The position numbers were made by a program, and so were the translations under genes. The notes beneath the pieces were generated by a model. The model was not told the origin of the DNA. It saw only the letters and a list, made by a program, of their open reading frames with translations, and made no database searches. A stretch of DNA of 64,000 nt from Atractiella rhizophila (Eukaryota). Shown piece after piece: positions 13,103 through 25,274 of the stretch; position 1 is the first letter of the stretch; each line of letters opens with the position of its first letter. Location of the stretch: positions 1 through 64,000 of the forward strand of contig MU271290.1 in the NCBI GenBank assembly GCA_021432655.1, read 5' to 3'.

Positions 13103-13989
13103 TGATCCTTACAGTGGACATCCGTTTGGATTGGATACAGTGGTGGCTCGAAATTGCAGTCAAAGAAGCGATATACAGGAAGATTGCTTTGGAATATTTT
13201 TCCTCACTTGGTAGCATTTTGCTTCAGTTTACAACGGAACGAGAATGGAAGTTAGCTCGCATGTGTGATGTTGACAACAATAATTCGTTGCAGGATACTT
13301 TCTTCCTTCCAGGCCATGTATACACTACAGTCAATGCTTTGAAAGGTTTGTTTTACATCATCCTTTGAGATTTCGTATCAAATCGCACGGATCGAAGACA
13401 GCTGCGCTTCACCTTGTCCCACCTCCGCTTAAAAAACGTCTGGCAACAACTTCCTTCACTCAATCAAGAGGCTCTGACACCCTGACCTGACTAACTAGCT
13501 CTACAACATCCTCAACAACCGACCATCTCCTCAAAGCTCCTCGACTTCTTGGCAAATCAGCCTAATGCTATCCATGCATTGCGCACTCCTTCCTCATCGC
13601 CCTCGTGCATTCGTTTCCCCATCCTCCTCCTCAACTACATCTACATTCAGCTCGAACTCCTCATTCTCCAGAATCACGTCTTTGACTTGAAATCTTCGTT
13701 TGGAAGGCAACTCAGGCATTGCTGCTGTCCGGCGCGAGGGAGGAAGGGAGGGAGGTGTACACGGCGCTGGTTAGTCAGGAAGCGCGTGCGTGTGTGGACG
13801 CGTCGGATGGAGATGGTGCAGAGCAGGGAAGATTGAATTTCGATCGCCACTTCCTGTGCGTGTAATGCAAAACGCTGGCGAGTGACAATTCAGGTGAGTC
13901 GGCAGCTTTGTGGCGTCGTCAACACCATGCGATGCGACGTCGCCTTCGCGTTCAAACCTTAGTATGCATCCCATCAAGCTTGATAGGAG

Positions 13990-15420
13990 TGGCGTAGAGA
14001 GGGCGTGGAAGGAGCTTTCGGCAAGTACCGCGGGATGTACCTAGAGCTCTCTACTCCGACACCTTGCCCGAAGGTTGGCTACACAGCTAAGGATAGATAT
14101 GTAAGGCGTTGCAAATCCTCAACTCTCTCATGTCGCCATGAGCGCTTTGGTCATATCCTTCTTAGTTGACTCCTAACTTGACGCACTGGCACGATATGAA
14201 AGACTTCCCTCCTCCGGACAGCAGGCTTGGAGACTGCACTGGTTGTTATTCAGGTATACGGCGGCGTGATGGAGCACGTAATGTGTACCATCATGAATGG
14301 TTCGTCCTTACGCTCACTTCCACGATGACGCTGAATATGTAGAAAGGTCTTGTAGCCTGTGGGATGTACCTTGCTCAATTTCACATCTTATGGTACGCCT
14401 ATCGTTCCTTCCTCTACAGCTCGTACTGACCGTTTCGTTTGTCTGCAGCTGCTCGTGCCAGCCGTCTCTCCGCGCTCTTTCATCCTGCGTAATCAAATGC
14501 TACTCACCATTCCACTGGTCGTCTAGAGGACAGTTCAGGTCATCAACCCGTCGAAGTCGTTGCGCATTGGCGTGCACTCCCCAACTGGAACGTTTGGCGT
14601 CCAGCCTGTTGGTCCTCACCTACTGTCTTCTCTTATTTGGGTACCATTGATTCTTAGTCTGCAGATGGGGACGACATCTCTGCTGCCTACGTCAGCATCT
14701 TGCCTTCCGTTCACACCCCTTCCATCTCTAGTCAAGATCGAAGCATCATCAGCCGAGAAGGCTCCCTAGGGAGAACACGTTGTCCACGAAGCCGAGAAAG
14801 TCATTTCTACCGGTACTGAGGTCTCGCTCGTCTGCGAAGTGAGGGAGATTCTTCAGAAGGAGGGTCACAAGGCTCGAGTGTTATTCTTTCCTTGCTGGGA
14901 TGGAGCAGAGTTACGAGTATAAGCTCAACGTATTCCCTGATGGTCACCATTTTACCCCGTCGAGCTACTCCGTGTGTTGCCATTCGTCTTTCCCTCGGAT
15001 GATGTCGTTCTCATGCGCATCGACAGACACAAGGATGGTAGAAGTGCCCGCTCGCCCAGGATGGTATCAACGTGAGTTCCCTACTTTTGTAAAAGACAAT
15101 ATTTTGACATGATGGACAGCGGGTCGGCGTGTCTGCACCGCACAAGGATGTCGACAACGCGCTCAAGCTGACCAGTCCCAACATCAGTGAGAAGACAAAG
15201 AAAGTCATTGCACACTACAGAGGCGTCAAGCTCCTTTCACCCATCAACAATCGACCTTGGAGTCTGCACCTCATCACGCGAACAATCAGATTGTGAGGGA
15301 GACAATTCTTGTAGCAAAATATGTGAAGAAAGGAAACACGTGTGAACGATGTACTTTGTGGAAGCTCGTGTTCTTGCCTTGGCGTCAAATGGGACTTTTA
15401 TTTAGGACGATTTTCTTGGG
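13990..15420 (+). pseudogene. Transketolase 3'-half pseudogene copy 2, including 3' UTR
   Basis: Colinear with TKL from about 2395 to 3960 (e.g. caacccgtcgaagtcgttgcgcattggcgtgcactcccca is shared), introns retained, frameshifted. Confidence 0.92.
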
Positions 15421-16464
15421 CAGAGCCAATGAGAGAGTACCAAACTCAATACTGCTGTGTCTTTTTCGCACCCACTGTCACCGTGGACAGGATGCTGACT
15501 GCAACACAACAGGAGCAAAAAGCATCGAGCCTGGCTTCTGTACCCAGGGATCTCAGAGCCTCCAAGTGAAAGGGGATCGAGGTGGAAGCGGAGGAGGTAA
15601 CGAATGTCAAGCGCGAAGAAGAACTATTTAGAATGTTGCAAAAATTACTCCAGTTTTCTGCAGTGGGGCAATTTGGAAAGGACTTTCATGCGTTCGTGCT
15701 CCGCCCACCTGATTCCTGATTCCTCGCTGAAGAAGTCGAACAAGCTCGGGAAATCGGTGGAGGAGCGCTGGCACTGGTCCACTCGTCAGAGTAAGGGACT
15801 TGTATATTGCGGTTGTCGAAACTCAAACGACTAGAGAATACTATGTAGGCGTTCCATCCATTATCGTGAGCAAGCCACCTTTGGTTCGAATGAGGATGGA
15901 TAGCGTCCAGTAGTAGCAATGTGAGCGGATGATCGACATGGTTACACAGCTTTTGCTACTTCGCCGTAGCACTACAGGTACCTGGCTGTGACGAGGACAA
16001 CATTGTGATTGTCTTGGTGCACTTTACCGTTACCCTTGAACTAGATACTATGGATCAGCCCCTGCCAAGAGTGAGAAGGAGGGATCTTGGAATCACTTAG
16101 AATATTGGAACGCTTGTCAGGGTGCAAACATTGTGCCGTACAAATGTACTCGTCCATCTCTCTCTTACACAGCATCCAGCTTCAAGTTGATCTCCTCTTG
16201 ATGTAGCGTTATCACTGGGGCAAGGACATCCAGTGCATCCAACAGTTTGTGTCATCACTTCTCCTAGCGGATCAGCACTGGTGACACTTTCTGTGACTTT
16301 TCACACTTTGATGAGGCAGGGAGGAAAGCACTTCAGGTTGCGGTCTGCGGCATCTAGACTCAAGCGCAAGTTTCGTGAGACTTTGACGATTTTCTGCTGA
16401 CACTCGAGAGCTGAGGCAACACGCAGCATCACCTGGTTACATTCTGAGATTATTCGATGGGAAG

Positions 16465-17895
16465 TTGATTCAAGTGATCTTACCCAGAGGCAAGAGGAGG
16501 CGACCTCTGCAAACAGCTCCAATTGCGAGCCTACCCGTTGAACTTTTGTTCCGGATATTTTACATTTTACTACCTCCAGTCTCTCACATCCAAGATCTGA
16601 ATCAAGAGTTTATTTCCCATTTTTGCCTCTTTGCAGGGATTTGCTCTGTATTCAGAAACTTAGCACTCTCCGTCCTACAACGTTACTGTGTTCTTTTTGC
16701 TGACAACTTTTCCTCTTATACTTTGAACATCAGTTATCTTAGGAATATGGCGATGGACCACGATTTAATGAGATGGCAGATCGACGCAACATTGACTTTA
16801 GGTCGTCCCCTTCCACCATCACACAAATCTTGGTTCCATTTACTGGACGCAGTTGCAAAGCACTCGGGGAACACGAAGGTGCGGGTCTACAATTTGCCAT
16901 GGGACGGTTTCAATCTGCAAGATACATTGAGATCTATCTCTTCGCTCGGACCAGCATCTTTAGGTCTCTTCTTTCAAAATCAGCAAGCTGAACTTTCTCT
17001 TGCAGAAATACTCAGTTTCTCGAGTGAAAGCTCTAGGTCTTGGGCGTCCATCACCATATCTTGGCTGACCCCTTCTAGGTCAGATCGTTTCCTAGCACAG
17101 TCGTTCTCGCTGATCGACAATCAGTTGGCTCATTTGGCTCTCCTTCAGTGTTGCCTTTGCGATGAAGACTTCACTGGCATCCTCGACATGCATGAACTAC
17201 CATATTTTGTGTCCATGATCAGGTTCAGCTCATTCCATCACCTGTTTTCTGCAGAGGGCTTTGGCAAGGTGTTGAAAATTTTTCAACCACGCCGCCTTTG
17301 TTGCGCTTTCCAGCAGCTTTCAGATAGTGCTGAAGGCAACCCTGTATCACGTGTGAGGATACCAGTGGACTCTAAACTCTCTGAATGGTTTGCCCATCAG
17401 CCTTACATGCCACGCTCACTTTACCTTGATGGGGGGAAGGAGGTCTCAAATCTTATTTCCGATCAATTTTTGGAGGTCGACGCTCGTTGGAACAACCTTA
17501 AAGAGCTTATTTTGCTCTACTGCTATTTTCCAGCCAGGGCGGTCTGTGAGTTCCTGTTCAGGGCAGGCCAGCACAAGCGGAGGCATCTGTCTCCATTGAT
17601 TGTGCAGCTTAAGCCTTTCTTCGCAGACTGCGACTTTTCCTCCTCCTGGTTCTCCCAAGCTTTAGGGCCGTTCCTCAGCTTGGTCGCAGTGTCATCCGTC
17701 GAGTTGTTCAATGAGAGGTATGAATACACTGAATATTCGCTCCAGTACAATCCCTCAAGGTCGGGGACAGTATTTAGTGTCTTCTGCGAGCAAGGGAAGC
17801 TCCAGCTCGATATTTGGTTCATTGACCAAGACGATGAACCGGGGAATGAGGACTCTCTCTTCTTTTGGGAGAATTTCGAGGCAAACAGGCCTTAA
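16465..17895 (+). CDS. F-box-like family copy 3 (476 aa intronless ORF, one F-box-like module)
   Basis: PIASLPVELLFRIF...ICSVFRNLA; shares the C-terminal LDIWFIDQD...FFW.NF with copies 1 and 2. Confidence 0.8.
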   Translation: MIQVILPRGKRRRPLQTAPIASLPVELLFRIFYILLPPVSHIQDLNQEFISHFCLFAGICSVFRNLALSVLQRYCVLFADNFSSYTLNISYLRNMAMDHDLMRWQIDATLTLGRPLPPSHKSWFHLLDAVAKHSGNTKVRVYNLPWDGFNLQDTLRSISSLGPASLGLFFQNQQAELSLAEILSFSSESSRSWASITISWLTPSRSDRFLAQSFSLIDNQLAHLALLQCCLCDEDFTGILDMHELPYFVSMIRFSSFHHLFSAEGFGKVLKIFQPRRLCCAFQQLSDSAEGNPVSRVRIPVDSKLSEWFAHQPYMPRSLYLDGGKEVSNLISDQFLEVDARWNNLKELILLYCYFPARAVCEFLFRAGQHKRRHLSPLIVQLKPFFADCDFSSSWFSQALGPFLSLVAVSSVELFNERYEYTEYSLQYNPSRSGTVFSVFCEQGKLQLDIWFIDQDDEPGNEDSLFFWENFEANRP

Positions 17896-18921
17896 AGTCA
17901 TGATCTTCCTTCACTATGTGTTTCCCTGGGAGTAAACGGAGTGGTGGCTCGAAAATATGTTACACGGAACATTGATTTGGAATACAATTCCACGAGCTCA
18001 GTACCATTTCCTTCAGCTTACAAGTACGCAAGTTCGTGTGTTCAAGTGGTGATTACAACAACTGGTGACGTGATGTAGTCTTGCTTCTAGGTCATGGACA
18101 ACACACACTGCATTCATTGCTGTGAACGGTTTGCTTCACGTCGTCCTATAAAATTTCACACTGAATAGCACGCATGGAAGATAACTGCCCTTCACCTTGT
18201 CCCCCATCCCCTCAAAAAGTCTATGGAAAACTTACTGCACCCGAATCCAATGCCTTCGTCGACATCTCCTTTTCAAGCCTAAACGGCCAACCTTCTGCCT
18301 CTAAGCTCCTTAACTTCTTGCACATCATCCTAATCTTATTTATGCATTGCAACACTCTTCTCCTCATTGATCTCCTTCCCTTCCCCTTCCCATCCTCATC
18401 CTCACCAAAATCTACATTCCGCCCGAATCTAGCTCCAGAATATCGCTTGGGAGGGAATGTGTACGTTATCACGGCGAGGGAGGAGGTTTGGAAGGAAGAG
18501 GGTTTCCGAAAAGAGAAAAGGAAAGATCGGATTTCGATTTGAGACGTTCGTGGTGGAGAGACCGCTGGTGTGCTGATGAACATTGCGAGCTCTTGAGTGT
18601 TGTCGCAGTCAAACCTTATAATATCTGCCTGTGTCACCCTTTGTCAGTTCGGTTAGTGCCGCGACGGTGTAAACCAGTATAAACAGTTCAGAAGCGGTTT
18701 GCATGTCATAGAGACTCAACCCATGGCTTACTTTTGCCCAAACGGGAACCATCGTGAATGATGCAGCCCTTTGTTCTGTCATGATGATCGATGATCAGTG
18801 GGCGAAAATCAGCCCGAAGCTTTGAGCTTAGGCCTCTTCATGGTCTTCTTCACTCCATCAGTAAAGACAGGCCGTTCGCCTTCGTTCTCAATCTTTCATA
18901 TCATTTCGTTCAACATTTAAT

Positions 18922-19650
18922 ATGACGCGCACCAACAAGAAGTTTCAACACTCAGTCTCCCTCCATTCTCCCACTTTTCGACTGTCGGCTTCGTACTCAG
19001 ACGCTTCAAGTCTACGCGAGGCGACTTCCAAACTGCGAGCGATTACTTTGGACGAAAGGGAAGCCCGAACATTTCGAAGGGAGCGTGCATTACGGAAGGA
19101 GTGCGCGAGGGCCCATCTGGAACGACTCCGACAGCAGCGCAAGTTTGAGAGGAGAGAGAGGAGATGGAAGTCTAAGCTACTGGAGTCGAAGGAGAAGATC
19201 AAGCATTTGGAAGGGAAGCTGAGGCGACGACTTTCGCTTGCTAGCAGCAGCGACGGGGAGGAGGGAAGAAGTAGTATAAGCGAAGGGGACGTGCCCTTCG
19301 TGCCCGTTCGACCGCTTCTTCCATCTCGACCTTCCGCAGGTTTCCGACCTCTGTCAATGGCGAATGTGACGAAGACCTTTCGTCTGCCTCTCCTCGATTT
19401 GTCGTCAGCCACAGCAGGCCCAGGTTCGTCTTCTCCGACTTCTTCCTGGCAGTCTTACCCACGTTTGTCGTAGGCACGAATGAGCATCTACGTGTTGAAC
19501 GAGAAACGCCTTCAGGTATAAGGTCGCTCTCTTTGCATTACCACCCCTAACATTTGTCTCTAGGGATGGACGAAGAATTGCCTGGCCCTTCTGAACGCTT
19601 GCACCCCAACGCTTCTTCCCTTACATCCGCGAACTGTTCGATGTGGTGAC
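18922..19650 (+). CDS. Hypothetical basic coiled-coil protein
   Basis: 183-aa ORF with an R/E/K-rich helix and Ser/Pro-rich tail; possible further small exons. Confidence 0.55.
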
Positions 19651-20171
19651 ATAAGGAATGGAGAAGAAGGTAATCGTGCGATTCTCATGAGTTGGTATTG
19701 GTGGAGTTGTAATGGGTAGACAGACAGACATGTTTAGATTTCACTAATCGTAGCAACGCATATGTAATTCACTTCAGCCCAGAAGACAGTTCTCAGACAT
19801 TTCTATGGTTCAGACTCGAGAAAAAAAAAGAGAAAGAAATGAACAGTAAGCCTGCATGCACCTCAATGGAGGTACCGAAGACGAAACATCGAACCTTCAA
19901 CCATGATATGCGTGGAGCCAAATAGAAGCAGGTGAATTTGAGAGACAGGAAATGTTGTTGTTGGACGGGTATACAGAACAACGACAGAATGTTCATAAGT
20001 AGTTTGATGTTGTTGGAATGGATCGCGATCGAAATCGATAAAGTATTGCTTGAGGTAGGTCTCGAGGACCTGCGACGTATTTACCGAGTGATGTATTCAC
20101 AAACGACGTATTCACTTCTTCCTTCTCCTTCTTCGATTCCATCCCAACCAGTTATTGCGTCGTCCCGTCCG

Positions 20172-21384
20172 TCACCTCTTCGCCTCGACCCATTGTTGCT
20201 CGTTCACCCCTCCACATATCTTCACTTTCCAAGCTATCGGGTTGTTCCTCTTCTCCTCTCCTTCTGGGAACAAGAAGTCCCGCACGGTGACCGCCCTCAT
20301 ATTCTCCCTCGAATAAACCGCCTCCACATCCTCCTGCTTCACCAGTCTCGGTCTCCTAATCCTCACCCTTTCCTCTTTCCTGAGAGGCATCGGCCCCTGG
20401 CTCGGTTTCGGAGTAGGGGGAGGGGTGGGAGAGGGGGAGCGATAGTCGAAATCCGCGTCTGGTGGAAATTTGTATTCGCAGCCCCCATTTGGCAGTTGGA
20501 CGATGTAAGGGATCGGCTTCTTCCCTCTGATTGGGGGTTGTCGAAAGGAAACATCTGGCGTTGGAGGTTCGGTGGGAGCGAGCGAACCGGTGGGAGAGTC
20601 AGGGTGGGTAGATGAGTTCTTCCAGGGAGTGGTCAAGGTTGGAATGACGTAGGAGGAATCGAGGTCTGGTTCAGTTGGCGCGAGGGAGGAGGCGGAGATT
20701 TCTTTCCCGTCCTTGGTGAAGGGAGTGGCGGTGGGAGTGGAAGAATCATGCTCTCGTGGAGTGCGACAGCGGGAACGATGGACTAGTTCATCCATCAGAG
20801 GGATTGGAGGGGAGGAGGGGAGGGAGGGAGGCAAACTTGAGATCTGGGAAAGACGGTTGGAAAAGGTGTATTCGAGCGGATTGGGAGCGGGGGATATCGT
20901 TCTTGAAGGAGAGCGAGAGGGATCCGAGTACACTGTAGTTCGAATAGTTTTTTTATGGAATTCACGGGTGAAGAAGGACGGAAATTGCATACAGGCGTTT
21001 TCGTCCCCTTCAGTACTGGCTGATTCCGCACTGGCGATTTCCGACACCGCGCTTTCAATGGGAGGGATGTCGAAGGGAGATAACTCGGATTCTTGACTTT
21101 CAATGACTTGGATATCCGAATCTGCTGCCGTCTTCATCAGCACATGATGGCACGTACCTCGGAAACGCGGGAGAAGGGAGAGTAGCCCACATACCCTCTG
21201 ATTTCTGCCTCTTCCGCCGCCTTGTGGACTCGTCCCCATCCAGCTCCCTCACCCTCTTCTTACCCTTTTTCGAAGTATTCCTGGTGCTCTGCACTCGGGG
21301 GAGGGGAGGCCCTTTCGAGCGGGTTCGGAAGGCAGGACCCTGGGCGTCGGTGGCCAAGGAGACCAGGGTGCGACGCGTATGCAT
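20172..21384 (-). CDS. Hypothetical Pro/Ser-rich, probably nuclear protein (spliced; 3' end uncertain)
   Basis: Exon 1 has NLS-like RRRKRQK before a GTATGT donor, followed by a long Pro/Ser-rich ORF with a repeated SLAPTEP motif. Confidence 0.6.
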
Positions 21385-21696
21385 GTTCCTGGAGCAGATA
21401 ATTATGCAAGTGGGTGGTGGCGATTCGAGTGGAATTGAGCTGAGTTGAGTTATATGCTGAGTCGGTGGAGTTTAGGTGTAAATTGCGGGCGGTCGATGAA
21501 TGCGGTCACAAGCGCAAGGGAAAAAAATGACTTTACGCGTGTATGACTCAACAAGGCTTGTGCTTTTTCTATTTAAATCTTAAACTTAACAAGCATTTCT
21601 AAACCCTACTTCTTTGTTGAACCTTATTGTGGGTTAAGCTCTGGACCTTATTCTTTGTTTCCAACGCTTAAGTCAACACTCTTTTTCGAAGCGAAG

Positions 21697-22133
21697 ATGC
21701 TGGTCTACCTACTCCTCTTACCAGCGCTCGCTGCTGCTCAGTTTGGAAACCTCTTCGAGCAAATTTTTCACCACGACAGGGCAGAGCAGAGGCAACAGCG
21801 CGAACCTCAGCCTGGAGAACAATATCGCTGGAGCATGGCGCAAGGTCTTCCTATGTCCTCGTCGGCAATCCTATCTTCTGACGACGGTTATATTTGGAAC
21901 AGCTGAATGCGACCGGTATTTGTGCAACACCTTTGACTGTGTCAACAGCCCAAAAGATTGTGTTCGCGTTTCATGTAAACTTGTGCTGACGATCATGCTA
22001 AGCATTTCAACAGCCTTGTCCCTTCTCCGAGGATGTTCGTTGTGACCTAGGAGGACCAGAAGGTGGATTCGTTTGCGTCAGAGGGGGATGTGACGGCGTA
22101 CAGAAGGCGCTTAAGTTGGGATCATCAAAATAG
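21697..22133 (+). CDS. LCL2: Long chronological lifespan protein 2-like small secreted/ER Cys-rich protein
   Basis: Signal peptide plus AQFGNLFEQIF, CDRYLCNTFDCVNSPKDC/PCPFSEDVRC...FVCVRGGC; two introns. Confidence 0.85.
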
Positions 22134-23135
22134 ACAGTTCGTACTCTTTGCAGTGTCTCCCCACCACCTTCGTTCGATGTAAATTGCTTTTTCCCCTTTC
22201 AAAAACTCTTTGAAAGAGATACAAGCCGCATTAATATGATTTTTGTTCTCTTGAGCAATCTGAACCTGTTCCAGTGACGTGGCATGTGTGACTGTCAGAT
22301 CCGAGAACTGCGTCTTTGCTACATAACGTTGTTACACATGTCGTATGACAACGGCGAAAGTTGACATATTGACTTCTCAATGGGGGTAATGCTCTGCCTC
22401 CCGTCCCTCAGCGCCATACGGATTTGACACGACCTTGTATCGCCGTGCCGTGGTATACAATCAGGGAATTATTTCGTACACATCTTAGCGTCGAATAAGA
22501 GTTCAGGTTGCGACTATTGCAGCTTTAGGGAGACTTCTATTTACTGGAGCCTGGAGCACAAGAAGTTATGGAAACAGGATTGGTGTGAAGAGCTCGCAGC
22601 TCCACATAGTTCAGGCCTCGTCAAGTCGTAACAAGGTGTTTGCAAACTAACTTCTTATGCTCTTGAGCGCTCGAACTCCGCAATATGACGTTCACATTTT
22701 CATTTCACCAAAGAACGTCAAAAGGGTCCGGGATAGAGCCCTTGGGGGCTAGTGCAATCATACACCGAAGCTGATCCAGCGCTGATCGAACAGGGACTGC
22801 ACAGAGATTAAAAGTGTGTCGCAAACGGACTGATAGGTCAATCAGATGTGAGTGCTCGTGTTATTCGTCCAGATGCATTGCGTTAGAGTGGAGACTGTAA
22901 CGGACATTCTTTATCTTGTGCGATTGGTTGTTTGAGCAGAGGAGCTGTGGTGCACCTCGACGGCAAGACTGATGAGATTAACATGTCGCTTATGTTGGCA
23001 CCTATTGCCCAAGCAGAGGAGAAAGGGGAAATACAAAGGTGGACGGGAGCTACCTGGTAGATCTAATACCCTCAAACCTACGACATCTGAGCATTCCTCA
23101 TAGCTAACAGGGTTTCTCCACAGATTTAACTTGAA

Positions 23136-24460
23136 ATGACTGGTGTGCACAACCTTTGATCTTCTGCCTCCATTTCACCACTTGGTAGAATCAAAACCAA
23201 AAATCCTTATCACTGGCTCCACCGGGTTTGGGTTCCAATGTTGCAGAAGAAAATAACTTGATGAAGCATAATAGACTGCTTGGACGATCCGTTGTGAGAG
23301 TATTTCGCGACGCGGGGCACCAAGGTACGTTCAGCATATCTACCATATGGTAAACCGTCTTGTGCTCACTATCGAATAGTTCTCCCGCTTTCCTACTCTC
23401 GATCTGCGCCGGGTGCTACGAAGCTCGATCTCACAGATACCAATGCTGTAAAATCACTGTTGGAATCGTACAAACCAGATGGTGCGTACTGCCTTCTTAA
23501 CCAGTGGAAATTTTTAATAAGGAGAAAGCCATCGTGCACTGCGCCGCTGAGAGACGCCCCGATGTCGCCGAGAAAGATCCTTCGGCTGCTGAGCGATTGA
23601 ACGTGGAAGCCACACGTACCCTTGCTCAGTATGATGGACTGCTTGTCTATGTGAGCACGGACTACGTATTCCCTGGTCGGTTCATCCCTTCACACACAGA
23701 ATGACTGGAGGTTACTCAATCAGCGACAACCAGGCGATGCGCCAGAGAGTGGATATGCTGAAGAGGACCCAACTGAACCCCTTAATCTGTACGGAAAGAC
23801 GAAGGAGCTAGGAGAGAGAGAGACAGTTGCCGGCAAAGGCAAGAACGTGGTAGTCAGAGTGCCCATCCTGTGCGTCTTCATGGCCAACTTCGCCCAATAT
23901 AATTGCAGTGACCAGATACGGCAAGGCGGAATACAATGCGGAATCTGCAGTCAACATCTTGGTCGACGTTGTTCTCAATAAGGCTGGGAAGGAGAAGGTG
24001 GATATGGATGATTGGGCAGTCAGGTATCCCACTCATGTAGATGTGAGCTCGAGTCCTTCTTCGTTTTCTATCTAATTGAGACGACAGGACGTGGCGGTAG
24101 CGCTTCTGAGAATAACAGGTGCATCTTTCAAACTCTCCTCGGCATTTTGACAAATACTTTGCAGACGTTTACCTCAAGGATACCACTTCTCCGTTTCCCA
24201 AGATCTTACACTATTCCTCCTCCGTACCCTACACAAAACTCACGATGTGCCAACTCTTTGCATCGTGTCTGCCTTCTAAGCCATCGATCGAGCACTTGGT
24301 TCCAATACGCCGGGGGCCAGATCTCACGAAGGGAGAGACGAGGAGACCCAAAGACTGCAAACTTGGAATGAAGGCACAGGGGAATCTGGGTCTGGACTTG
24401 CACAAAATCGAAGGGGAAGACAGGTTCAGGAAGTGGTGGACAGAGCAATTGGGTCAGTGA
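23136..24460 (+). CDS. RmlD-like extended SDR (dTDP-4-dehydrorhamnose reductase / MAT2B-like)
   Basis: ILITGSTG/LLG Rossmann motif, VHCAAERRPD, YVSTDYVF, PLNLYGKTK (YxxxK), RYPTHVD; multiple introns. Confidence 0.9.
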
Positions 24461-24560
24461 GCAGAAACTCTAAAGTGAAGCGTTGGATGACATTCCAAAT
24501 TTGTTGTACAATCATAAACCAAATACATTGATAACGTGCACTTAAAAGCAAACCAATAAA

Positions 24561-25274
24561 TTAATGCCTTGAGCCTTGGTGCGCAGGGTACCATAACAAA
24601 TTTGCGCTTGGAGGATGAGCTTTCGAACGATATAGAGCCAGCTCATCCAGCATGCTCGATGTCGGAAAGTGTAAAAGGAGCATCTGTAATGCCTCCTCTG
24701 GTCCCAAATCCTCATACTCTTCGGACTGTCGTGGCGGTGGAGGGGAACCTGGTATTGACTGCGAGCAGACGGAGGAGGTACAAGAGGACGAAGAAGATGG
24801 GGAAGGAGGAGAAAATAGGTCTCTCCGCGAGGACGAAGAAATGGACGATGAGAGAGAGAGGGAAGGCGACCGAGCTCCAGATGAAGATGGTTCTGGTGCC
24901 ATTCCCATCATCTGGTCGTTTGTTGACGAGGGTTCAAGAAAAAGTGACAACTTGTGCTCGAAGGACTCTACTTGAGCAATTAGCTGCATTAAAGAGATCA
25001 GGGGGCAGGAATGCAGGAAAGAAGCTTACGCAATCGAGTTTCAAGGTCCTCAACAGCTTTCAAGCGCTTCAACTCTGCTTTGTTTTCCTCTAGGATTTTG
25101 TTGGCAGCCTGGGCCCATTTTGAGGGTGGTGGATAGACGCAGACGATGTCGTTGGAATTCCAACCTTTGGTCTTCCCCAGCCTCAAACACGAAGTGCAGG
25201 TCGGTCGTCTGCCATCGCACTTGATCTAACCGCGACTGTGGGTCAGAACGCGATCGAGGCAAACTCAAAGCCAA
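24561..25274 (-). CDS. Hypothetical spliced protein, coiled coil plus Ser-rich region
   Basis: Exons ...ANKILEENKAELKRLKAVEDLETRL (GTAAG donor) and VESFEHKLSLFLEP...; start uncertain. Confidence 0.45.

Larger units (their letters stand above)
2390..18620. repeat. Tandem segmental triplication, units of about 5.6, 6.0 and 4.6 kb
   Basis: Same order of TKL 3' half, spacer, F-box-like ORF and 3' flank three times. Shared flank motif GTGGTGG(G)CTCGAAA at about 7224, 13140 and 17941. Confidence 0.9.

Noticed and set aside
19932..21096. Plus-strand ORFs of 227 and 127 aa
   Set aside because: Antisense to the Pro/Ser-rich minus-strand gene, with no recognisable motifs.
22623..22637. 18S rRNA gene (AAGTCGTAACAAGGT)
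   Set aside because: Only 15 nt match and the flanks are not rDNA; kept only as a possible antisense guide.
23136..24460. Bacterial horizontal transfer of rmlD
   Set aside because: Many spliceosomal introns and the AERRPD motif of the eukaryotic MAT2B-like group.
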